From Gammaproteobacteria bacterium (GTDB lineage: Bacteria > Pseudomonadota > Gammaproteobacteria > Eutrophobiales > Eutrophobiaceae): 64,000 bases of DNA. Location of the stretch: contig OZ220696.1 in the NCBI GenBank assembly GCA_965116495.1, positions 3,584,001-3,648,000 of the forward strand, read 5' to 3'. Both the position numbers and the translations under genes were made by a program. This document shows positions 1 through 9,500 of this stretch, piece after piece; the stretch's first letter is position 1; each line of letters starts with the position of its first letter. Below the pieces are notes generated by a model. That model did no database searches and was not told where the DNA came from. It saw only the letters and a program-made list of their open reading frames with translations.

Positions 1-986
1 GCAAGGAAGAACTGCGCATTGAATTGACCCGCCAGGGTCACGTGCTGGGCCTGACGCGCGCCGCCATCGCGAACCAGGTGAGCCAGGCATTCCGCGGCTT
101 TGAAGCCCAGCGCATACAGCGCGGCCGCGACGACATCCGCGTGATTGTGCGTCTGCCCAGGGAAGAGAGGAGCACCACGGCGACGCTGGATGAATACCTG
201 ATCACCGCGCCGGACGGCCGCCGGGTGCCCCTGGCCCACGTGGCAACGCTGACACCGGGCATCGGCCCGTCGACGATTACCCGCATCGACCGGGAACGCA
301 CCATGACCATCAAGGCCGACGTCGACAAGGACGAGACGAACATGACGGTATTGCGGGCAGACCTGGAAGACTACCTGCGCACGCTGTTAGCCAGCTATCC
401 CGGGGTGAGCTATACCCTGGAAGGCGAGGCAAAGGAACAGCGCAAGTCGTTTGACAGCCTGCAATGGGGCATGATTGTCATATTATTCGTCATTTACGTG
501 CTGCTGGCATTGCCGCTCAAGTCCTACGTACAGCCGCTGATAGTCATGTCGGTGATCCCCTTCGGCATCATCGGCGCGGTATGGGGCCACTGGATCATGG
601 GGCGCGACCTGAGCTTCCCGAGCATGCTCGGCGTGATGGCCCTGGTCGGCGTGGTCGTCAACGACAGCCTGGTCCTGGTGGATTTCATAAACCAGAAAAA
701 GGCGGAAGGCAAGAGCATACCCGAAGCGGTACTGAATGCCGGCGTCGTCCGCTTCAGGCCGGTGATGCTGACCTCGCTGACCACCTTCTTCGGCCTGCTG
801 CCGCTGCTGTTCGAGAAATCGGTACAAGCGCAATTCCTGATCCCCATGGGCATCTCCCTCGGCTTCGGCATCCTGTTCGCAACCACCATCACCCTCATCA
901 TGATCCCGGTCAACGTGATCATCGTCGAAGACATCCGCAAACTGTTCCGCCTCCCCGTCGTCCCTGCGCAAGCAGGACCCCACTGA
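1..986 (+). CDS. AcrB/AcrD/AcrF-family RND efflux permease, C-terminal part (5' end outside window)
   Basis: Frame open from the window edge; C-terminal RND motifs GVVVNDSLVLVD and RFRPVMLTSLTT with several TM helices. Confidence 0.9.
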   Translation, partial: KEELRIELTRQGHVLGLTRAAIANQVSQAFRGFEAQRIQRGRDDIRVIVRLPREERSTTATLDEYLITAPDGRRVPLAHVATLTPGIGPSTITRIDRERTMTIKADVDKDETNMTVLRADLEDYLRTLLASYPGVSYTLEGEAKEQRKSFDSLQWGMIVILFVIYVLLALPLKSYVQPLIVMSVIPFGIIGAVWGHWIMGRDLSFPSMLGVMALVGVVVNDSLVLVDFINQKKAEGKSIPEAVLNAGVVRFRPVMLTSLTTFFGLLPLLFEKSVQAQFLIPMGISLGFGILFATTITLIMIPVNVIIVEDIRKLFRLPVVPAQAGPH

Positions 987-1130
987 AACAACGTGTCGTC
1001 CGAGTTGACGGATATCATTACCCCCGCTTCCATGGGTGTGCCCGATCTTTTTCACGGTGTGCGCCTGAAAACAGGCTTCCAGGTGGCAATGAAGCTCCAC
1101 TTTCGGAAATTTTTTGCTATCAATCATCAT
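985..1130 (-). pseudogene. Internally deleted adenosine deaminase remnant
   Basis: N-terminal motif PKVELHCHLE (segment 1130-1043) joined in another frame to the C-terminal motif AGVMISVNSDD (1033-985); the middle of the gene is absent. Confidence 0.7.
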
Positions 1131-1210
1131 GGCATTCTGTCCATTTTTATCAGAATATTCAATATCCTGATTGCCGCACAAGCGGGTTTTGTTACACTAC
1201 TCTCAACGAA

Positions 1211-1235
1211 GGGGACGGAATTCAAGTCCGTCCCC
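1211..1235. repeat. REP-like hairpin GGGGACGGAATTCAAGTCCGTCCCC
   Basis: Inverted repeat; a related copy lies at about 32572-32596. Confidence 0.6.
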
Positions 1236-1251
1236 GGTTATAGAGATATCA

Positions 1252-2115
1252 ATGCACGAGATCATTGCCATCATTTTTGATTTTGACGATACCCTGGCGC
1301 CGGACAGCACCTCGGGGTACCTGGGCCGGTGCGGGATAGATGTGCCTCACTTCTGGAAAGAAGAAGTAAAGGCGTTGACGGAAACCAAAACCGCAGCGGA
1401 GGAATGGGACCCGGTGCCCGCTTATCTCTACAAGATGGTTGAAAAATCCGCCGGCCGGGAGATCGAACCGATTACCCGGGACAGCCTGTCCCGCTGGGGC
1501 AGGGAGCTCCCCCTGTACCCGGACGTTGAAACCATATTCGCCCGGTTACGAGAGGTTGCCGCCGCGGTGAACCCGCGGGTCACGCTGGAATTCTACGTAG
1601 TCAGTTCCGGCATAGGCGAAGTGTTGCGGAATACGCCCATCGCCCATGAATTCAGGGAAATATGGGCCTCGGATTTTGCCTACGATGACGAGGGGCGGAT
1701 TAAATTTCCCCGCAAGATAATCAGTTTTACCGACAAAACCCGGTATATTTTTCATGTCCAGAAGGGGATTTTCGGTCCCGAGTACGTCGGCAAACCGTTC
1801 GAAGTCAACCGCAAGGTCGACCCCGCTAAGGTAAGGGTGCCGCTCAACCGGATGATCATGGTGGGAGACGGTTTTACCGATATACCCTGTTTCTCGCTGG
1901 TGCGCCAGGGGCAGGGCATTGCCATCGGCGTGTACGGTGATTCCGAAGATCGAGAAAAACGCAGCAAGGCCTGGGGGTTTATCGAGGACGGCCGCGTGTC
2001 GAACCTGGTGCGGGCGGACTATTCCGAGAAATCCGCGCTGAGTGATTCCCTGGTTATGGCGGTGGAGCACCTGGCAAAACGCATTTCCCTGTTTGACCAC
2101 ACCTACCAGGGATAA
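1252..2115 (+). CDS. HAD-superfamily hydrolase
   Basis: Motif I IIFDFDDTL, motif II VVSSG, motif IV VGDGFTD. Confidence 0.85.
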   Translation: MHEIIAIIFDFDDTLAPDSTSGYLGRCGIDVPHFWKEEVKALTETKTAAEEWDPVPAYLYKMVEKSAGREIEPITRDSLSRWGRELPLYPDVETIFARLREVAAAVNPRVTLEFYVVSSGIGEVLRNTPIAHEFREIWASDFAYDDEGRIKFPRKIISFTDKTRYIFHVQKGIFGPEYVGKPFEVNRKVDPAKVRVPLNRMIMVGDGFTDIPCFSLVRQGQGIAIGVYGDSEDREKRSKAWGFIEDGRVSNLVRADYSEKSALSDSLVMAVEHLAKRISLFDHTYQG

Positions 2116-2156
2116 CGCAAAGCAGATACCCCCATCCGTCGTCCGTCATTCCCGGA

Positions 2157-2211
2157 AATTTGGGACACCCATAAATTAACAAATTATAGCAATTTATGGG
2201 TGTCCCAAATT
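2157..2211. repeat. GGGACACCC-family inverted-repeat pair
   Basis: AATTTGGGACACCCATAAATT-aacaaattatagc-AATTTATGGGTGTCCCAAATT; same sequence at 4380-4434. Confidence 0.9.
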
Positions 2212-2263
2212 TCATCAGTCCGTCATTCCCGCGCAAGCGGGAATCTAGTAGGTAAACTATTCC

Positions 2264-4339
2264 TTATTTCGTTGGCGGGGAGGCAGCTAACACTTGCCGT
2301 AACTCATCCAGGTCGGAGATCGGTTCCAGGCAGGTAAAGCCCGTGCAGACAAACGCCGTGGCCGCCTGGTCCGTCCTTTTCTCATTGATCAGGTCCGGCA
2401 ATCCCTGTTCCGGGGACGGGATAGCGAAGACCAGGGAGCGCACATCCAGCAAGGGTTCGACCTGTCTTTGCCAGTCGCTGATGGTCTCTTCCCGGCCGCG
2501 CAGGATAATCACCCGTCTGGGATCGTCGTATTCCAGTAATGCCGCCAGCAGGGCGGCACAGGCATGGGGAGCCCGTTGCAGCACGCCCCAGGCAGACTTC
2601 AGGGTTTTCTCTGCGGCCTCCAGGTAATCCTGCCTGCCGGTCAGGTGTCCGAGGTTGAGCAGGGCCAGCGCCGCCATGCCGTTGCCGGAGGGCAGCGCGT
2701 CATCCGTGAAGTCCTTGCGCCGTTGCAACAGGGTCTCGTGGTCGTGTGAAGTGAAAAAAAAGCCACCGGCATCGTCGTCGAAAAACTGCTCAAGCAAGGT
2801 ATCGGCCAGTTCCATGGCGAAGCCCAGCCACCTGCCCGACCACTTGCAGGCAAGCAGGTGGATGATGGCGTCGATCAGGAAGGCATAGTCATCCAGGTAG
2901 GCGTTCAGGTGCGCCCTGCCGTCCTTGCAGGTAGCTGCCAGCCTGCTCCCGTCCCAGAGACGGGCATGGATAAACTCAAGACAGCGCTGCGCGGATTGGT
3001 AATATTCGGGCTCCTGCAGGCGTATTGTCGCGCTGCTCATGCCTTTCAGCATCAGGGCATTCCAGGACGTCAGTATTTTATCATCGCAACCGGGGCGTAC
3101 CCGTTTTTCCCTCTCCCGGAACAGCTTTTCCCTGGCGCTTTGCAGACGTTGTTTTATTTCGCCGTGGTCCCGACCACTGGCGCGAGCAATCGTCTCCGGG
3201 TTTTCCTCCACGTAGAGGTGCCAGCGGCCTTCGAAGTTATCCGGTTTGTCCAGGCCGGAGTAGCGCGCGAAATCATCGAATTCGGCCTCATCCAGCAACC
3301 GGTGCACCTCGCCCGGTTCCCAGGTGTAATACTTCCCTTCCTCCCCTTCGGAATCCGCGTCCAGGGAAGAGAAATAGCCGCCTTCAGCAGACTGCATCTC
3401 CCGCATTACCCAGGCGGCCGTGCCCCGGGCGGTCTGCCTGAACAGTTCGTGCCCGCTGATGTGCCAGGCATCGGCATACAGTCCCAGCAGCGGGCCGTTA
3501 TCGTACAGCATCTTTTCAAAATGCGGGATGCGCCAGCGGGCGTCCACGGAATAACGGCAGAAGCCGCCGCCGACATGGTCGTAAATGCCGCCCTCGGCCA
3601 TCTTTTCCAGGGTAAAGCACGCCATATCCAGCGGGTTGGTATCCGCCGTGCGGGCATGCTGGTATAGGAGTAACTCCAGGTTGACCGGGTGTGGAAATTT
3701 CGGCGCCCCGCCGAAGCCGCCGTCGCGCCGGTCAAAGGCGCGCGCCAGTTGCTCGACGCAGGCATCCACCGGACCGGTATCGATGAGAGTCCCATCGGCG
3801 GCAGGCTCGCCTGCCTGGGTCTGTTCCAGGGCCTTGATGAAGGCCGTGTTCTGTTCCGCAATGGCCGCCCTGTCTTCCTGGTAGACCTCGTTAATCCTGG
3901 TCAGCAGAGACTTGAAGTCCGGTAGGCCGTGGCGCGGTTCCGGCGGAAAATAGGTGCCGCCGAAGAACGGCGTGTGGTCGTCCGGCATCAGGAACATGGT
4001 CAGGGGCCAGCCCCCGGTGCGTCCCGTCAGCAGTTGCTGCGCGGTCTGGTAGATCTTGTCGATGTCGGGCCGTTCTTCCCGGTCCACCTTGATGTTGATG
4101 AAATGACGGTTCATCAAGGCCGCGGTCTCTTCGTCCTCAAAAGACTCGTGCGCCATGACGTGACACCAGTGGCAGGCCGAATACCCGACGGACAGCAAAA
4201 TGGGCTTCCCCTCCGTCCTGGCAAGCGCCAGCGCCTCATCGCTCCACGGATGCCAGGCAACCGGATTACTCGCATGCTGCAATAAATAAGGGCTGGTCTC
4301 ACCAGCAAGCGCATTAGGCGGAAAGGAATTGTCACTCAT
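2264..4339 (-). CDS. Thioredoxin-domain protein, YyaL/SSP411 (DUF255) family
   Basis: [50 protein letters not shown]. Confidence 0.92.
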   Translation of the reverse strand: MSDNSFPPNALAGETSPYLLQHASNPVAWHPWSDEALALARTEGKPILLSVGYSACHWCHVMAHESFEDEETAALMNRHFINIKVDREERPDIDKIYQTAQQLLTGRTGGWPLTMFLMPDDHTPFFGGTYFPPEPRHGLPDFKSLLTRINEVYQEDRAAIAEQNTAFIKALEQTQAGEPAADGTLIDTGPVDACVEQLARAFDRRDGGFGGAPKFPHPVNLELLLYQHARTADTNPLDMACFTLEKMAEGGIYDHVGGGFCRYSVDARWRIPHFEKMLYDNGPLLGLYADAWHISGHELFRQTARGTAAWVMREMQSAEGGYFSSLDADSEGEEGKYYTWEPGEVHRLLDEAEFDDFARYSGLDKPDNFEGRWHLYVEENPETIARASGRDHGEIKQRLQSAREKLFREREKRVRPGCDDKILTSWNALMLKGMSSATIRLQEPEYYQSAQRCLEFIHARLWDGSRLAATCKDGRAHLNAYLDDYAFLIDAIIHLLACKWSGRWLGFAMELADTLLEQFFDDDAGGFFFTSHDHETLLQRRKDFTDDALPSGNGMAALALLNLGHLTGRQDYLEAAEKTLKSAWGVLQRAPHACAALLAALLEYDDPRRVIILRGREETISDWQRQVEPLLDVRSLVFAIPSPEQGLPDLINEKRTDQAATAFVCTGFTCLEPISDLDELRQVLAASPPTK

Positions 4340-4379
4340 CCATCCATTATCCGCCAATCCCCCCAAATAAGACAGATCC

Positions 4380-4434
4380 AATTTGGGACACCCATAAATT
4401 AACAAATTATAGCAATTTATGGGTGTCCCAAATT
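4380..4434. repeat. GGGACACCC-family inverted-repeat pair
   Basis: Identical to the 2157-2211 copy. Confidence 0.9.
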
Positions 4435-4498
4435 AGAATTGGATTCCTGCTCCTCCGCTTCTCGCGTGGAATTACTGTTATAATTTGAAAATTGATAA

Positions 4499-4575
4499 GC
4501 GCCTGTAGCTCAGTTGGATAGAGTGCTGCCCTCCGAAGGCAGAAGTCACAGGTTCGAATCCTGTCAGGCGCGCCA
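4499..4575 (+). tRNA. tRNA-Arg(CCG)
   Basis: 77-nt cloverleaf; anticodon arm CTGCC-CTCCGAA-GGCAG, GTTCGAATC T-loop, encoded CCA. Confidence 0.97.
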
Positions 4576-4744
4576 GATTTCGTTTTGTAACAGGCTATTG
4601 CAGACACCCAAGCCAGCAGGCCGTATAGTCACGGCCGGGTTCATGCCCCCGGGTGTAAAATGCCACTGCCCATAAAGTGCGAGAAATTTTTGACATTACC
4701 CAATGCCATCGTTCAGCATGCCGGACTGATCATGTGAAGTTGTT

Positions 4745-6394
4745 ATGCCAGACGTATTAGACGCCAAGATTAAAAAGACTGCAGAACTTGGAAAGACCTC
4801 TTTCGGGCATAACGGCGAGGTCTATTCGGACCTGCGCCCCTATACCGCCAGTGGGGGGCTTGAGGGTTATCGTTTTGATCACGGAGAAAAAAGCGATCCG
4901 TACCTGAAGATCTATTTTATCTCCGATGACGGCACCTACCTTTCTGTCTGGGAACGGGGTTATGGCACTGAAACCCTGACCTTCAGTACATCATTCGATG
5001 AGGATCGTCGGCTCACTCTGGATGATAGGTTGACCGAACTGACCTCCCGTCTGGATGAAAAAGTCTTTTACGCCCGCCTGGCGGCTGCAATCGATACATA
5101 TGAAGAAACTGGTTTGCCCCAGGAATTTGAGTGGCGCGGGAATACATATAGCAATTTACACGACCCCGGTAAATCTCACGTGGACTACCGGCTTCAACAC
5201 GGGCAGGGCGATCAACTCAAGGTCTTCTTTTTCGCGGAGGACGGTTCCTATGTGTCCGGCTGGTCCAGGGCGGGCCAGACAACCCACGCCCACCCGGACC
5301 GGACTGAAACGGATGATCTTTATGACCGCCTGGTGGAGGTGGATGAACTGTTGCCCTCCTCATTCGTCGTTCCGCTTACTTTAGAGGAACATTTGGAAAA
5401 GCTGGAAGGGGAGGCGGACGGTCTGTATGAATTTCAGATGGCAGGCAGGGATATGCGTGTAAGTGACAGGTACAGTGGGCCTGATCATCCGATTCGGTTA
5501 TTCACGGATTATGATTTCGTGAACGACACTTACTACACGTTTGCGGTAGATTTTACTCACGACGGCACGTCTTTTGATATTGGCGGCGTTCGCGGCGGTG
5601 TCACGGTTGGTCTGGTTTATGACTGGGGTTGGTCGCCAACTAATGACACTGAGTGGGGGGAGCTTTTATACGGCAATGGCCGGAAGGATACACTCTACGG
5701 CCGAATTCAGTTGATCGAGTATGAAATAGAAGAGGCCCTTGATATATTCGATAATGGCATTTCGAGCGTCGCGCGTCTTCGGGTAACCATTAACCAGGCG
5801 CCTGAGAATGACGAACTCATCGTCGATGTAGTGGGAGGGGATCGCAATATACTCAACTTCGACGGAACCATCTCGGTTGACGCTACTTTCATTCAGGGTC
5901 GGGACGGCTCTGAAATACAACACTTCGATTTCGTATTGGAGGCATATGATTTACTGGGTTATGACGAGGAATCCATTATAGAAGGCGCCATTAATCCGGA
6001 TAGTTTTAATCTCAGCTCCGAGACTTACAACGCACTCGGTTATCGTGAGACTATCACCGTTGATTTAACGATTAATGAGCGTCAGAACGGCTACGGAGTC
6101 AGTCTCGATATCGACATTAACAGCCCGGACGTCTCTGCCGATTGCTCAGCGAACGCGGACCTCAGTGAAGATCTCACGGTTACTTCGCTGGACGTCAACT
6201 GCTCGGACGATGAGCTCGAACGTGATATCGAGGAGGTGTTTGACGAACTGGCAGTTGATGCTCTCGAGATTGTGCAGGACGAAAATTTGCTGGGAACCAT
6301 TAACCTGATTGATGAATTTGAGTTCGTGGACGAGTCAGCACCTGTTTATGCCGGCGCCTTCGCGCCGGTGGATAATGATGACTGGTTCGTCTAA
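4745..6394 (+). CDS. Acidic hypothetical protein with internal repeats
   Basis: 549-aa ORF; repeated module (Y-S-x-L...YRxxHG...LKxxFxxxDGxYxSxWxR...DRLxE); ends DDWFV. Confidence 0.75.
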   Translation: MPDVLDAKIKKTAELGKTSFGHNGEVYSDLRPYTASGGLEGYRFDHGEKSDPYLKIYFISDDGTYLSVWERGYGTETLTFSTSFDEDRRLTLDDRLTELTSRLDEKVFYARLAAAIDTYEETGLPQEFEWRGNTYSNLHDPGKSHVDYRLQHGQGDQLKVFFFAEDGSYVSGWSRAGQTTHAHPDRTETDDLYDRLVEVDELLPSSFVVPLTLEEHLEKLEGEADGLYEFQMAGRDMRVSDRYSGPDHPIRLFTDYDFVNDTYYTFAVDFTHDGTSFDIGGVRGGVTVGLVYDWGWSPTNDTEWGELLYGNGRKDTLYGRIQLIEYEIEEALDIFDNGISSVARLRVTINQAPENDELIVDVVGGDRNILNFDGTISVDATFIQGRDGSEIQHFDFVLEAYDLLGYDEESIIEGAINPDSFNLSSETYNALGYRETITVDLTINERQNGYGVSLDIDINSPDVSADCSANADLSEDLTVTSLDVNCSDDELERDIEEVFDELAVDALEIVQDENLLGTINLIDEFEFVDESAPVYAGAFAPVDNDDWFV

Positions 6395-6524
6395 TCCAGC
6401 CCCCGGTGAACATGTCAATATTAACTGGAAAGGGTACTAGATGCATTGGACTTCCTGTTCTGACCAGGACTATTCCGGGACAGGCTGAAGATACGGCATA
6501 TCTACCGAACGGAACAAACTAACT

Positions 6525-9500
6525 ATGCAGACTTACGAAAGCAAAGGCGACGCAAGGCCCGATCGCGAAACCCAGTATACACTATACGTCGGCGGTGGTT
6601 TCGATGGCACGCTGGATCCTCCACATGATGTGGACTGGTTCCGGGCCGAACTGACTGCCGGGACCCAGTATGAATTCCACATCTCGTTTCCATTGCGAAC
6701 CACTTTTGTCAAGCTTCTCGACTCGGAAGGGAATGAAGTCGCCTATGGGCTCAGCGATCATCCTAACTTCAGAGATATCACCTTCCAGCCGGCTGTCAGC
6801 GGTGATTACTACCTGAGCATATACGGTACGTCTTCCCCATATTATAACTACAGGATATTTCTCGGAGAGAAAACTGCTACAAATTACAGTTACGATGATA
6901 TCGCCAAGCAGCTGACCGACGGTTATTGGGAGTGGCAGGGAGAAACCCGGCGCGCCTTTGACGTTGAACCTGGCGGTACCTTGACCGCCAATATCACTGA
7001 CCTGACTGTTGAGGGGCAGCAACTGGCCCGCCGGGCGCTTGAGGCCTGGACGGATGTGTCCGGCATCACGTTTGAGATCGTGGATGATGACAATGCCCAA
7101 ATCGTTTTTGATGATGATGGCGAGGAGCCCATTACCCAGTCCAGGGTGAATAACGGGGTCATTATTTCCTCGCATGTCACAATTCCGGCAGACTTGCTCA
7201 TTGAGTACGGAACAAAGGTAGAGAGTTTTTCCTTCACAACCTATCTCCATGAAATCGGCCATGCCCTCGGGCTCGGTCACCCTGGAGAATTTGATCACCT
7301 TGCGACCCTGGATGAGGTGTACGCTGCCCTGGATTTTCCACGGCGCGTATCGGTGATGTCGTTCGTATTACCCGCCGATGACTCACCTGTCGGAGATCGT
7401 TCCATCCGACCGGTTACGCCTTCGATTGCGGATATCATCGCCATCCAAGATCTGTACGGAACGCCTCATGGTAATAATGCCGGCGATACTGTCTACGGCT
7501 TCCAATCCAACATTGAAGGGTACCTGGGACAATTCTTTGCGGTGTTGGCGGGAGAGGTGAACCCGCTACACCAGTTGTCCCTGGATTCACTTAGTAGACC
7601 GGTATTTGCCGACCTGGACGACGACGGCGACCCGGATCTTATCGTTGGGACATTCAGCAACCGTATTGACTATCACGAGAACACCGGCACAGCCCGCAAT
7701 CCTGTCTTTACGCAGCGCTTCGATTCCGACAATCCTATGGATGGTTATTATTTTTCCGGATTGACGGAACCTGCACCGGCCGACCTCGATGGCGACGGTG
7801 ATCTCGATCTCATAATTTTACACGGCAATGGCCATATCGAGTATTTCGAGAACACCGGCACGGCTGCCAGTCCGAAGTTTACGGAGCGTACCGGCGCTTC
7901 CAATCCTATGGATGGCGTAAATGCTGATTCAGACGACCCGTTCGACTCAATCATGTCACTGGCACTGGACGATCTTGATAATGATGGCGACACTGACCTC
8001 ATCGTCGCGAAAGAGAGCAGCGTCATCTACTACTATGAGAACACCGGTACAACTACCCATCCCCGTTTTACGCAGCGTAGCGGCACTGCCAATCCGCTGG
8101 ACAGTGCTTTCTCCGATACCGATAGACTGGGATTCTGGGCAGGTACTATGCTTATCGACTTGGACGGCGATGATGACTCTGACTTCACCATTTTAGGAAG
8201 TAATAGCGTAAACCTATACTTCGAAAACACCGGGACGCCAACCAATCCCCGCTTTGTGCAACGCACAGGGGCGGACAATCCGCTTCACGAAGTTAACGAT
8301 CAGACATATGGCAACTTTGCATTTGCCGACATCGACGGCGACCACGCGCCGGACCTTGTCGTTGTCGATATTTATGACGGGGTCAAATACTATGAGAATA
8401 GCGGAACATTGACTGATCCGGATTTTACGCTGAAAAACCTCCAGCATCCGGTCTACCTGACACTCCACGATGATGGCGGGTATGACACGCTTGATTTAAG
8501 CACGGACACCATCGACCAGACTATAGACCTGCGCCCGGGAGAAATATCGAATACTCCCGGACTTAGGGCAGTTCTGATCATCGCTCCCGGCACTATCATT
8601 GAAAACGCTGTCGCTGGATCAGGGTATGATCACATCATCGGCAATACCGCTGCGAACCGGCTGGCCGGTGGTCCCGGTCGCGATTACATCTGGGGCAACA
8701 AAGGTAATGATGTACTGGAGGGGGGTGCCGGTCCCGACCGGCTGGACGGGGGCGATGGCGTTGATACAGTGTCCTACCAGGGATCTGATGCGGGTGTGGC
8801 AGTGGATCTCGGGGCACACGAAGGCAGCGGTGGCCACGCTCACTATGACATAATTTTCGAGGTCGAAAACGTGATGGGATCCGCCTATGGAGATGAATTG
8901 GCGGGTGACGATGGCGCCAACCGGCTGGACGGCGCAGAAGGTGATGACAAGCTACAGGGCCGCGGCGGCAACGACGTATTGGAAGGCGGTCCCGGCGCTG
9001 ATGAACTGGACGGCGGCGCCGGCGTGGACACGGCGTACTACGGGGGGTCGGATGCGGGTGTCGTAGTCCGGCTCAAGGAAAACACGGGAGAAAAAGGTCA
9101 CGCCGAGGGCGATACGTTCACCGACATTGAAAATGTGTGGGGCTCTGCCCACAACGACGGACTGGTGGGGAACGACGGAGCCAACTACCTCGCGGGCGAC
9201 ACAGGCAATGACGGACTCTGGGGCGGCGCGGGTGACGATACGCTGGAGGGCGGCCTCGGCGCCGACCGGCTGTTCGGGGGCAGCGGTTTGGACTGGGTGT
9301 CTTATACCAGCTCCAACGCGGGCGTAATCGTGAACCTGGGTGACGGTACGGGCATGGGCGGTCACGCTGAAGGAGATGCCTTTGAAGAAGTTGAGAACAT
9401 ATTGGGATCCGGCTACGCAGATACACTGGTGGGCAACGAGGCCGCCAACCGGCTTGATGGCCGCAGTGGCGATGACGAGCTTAACGGCGGCGCAGGTAAT

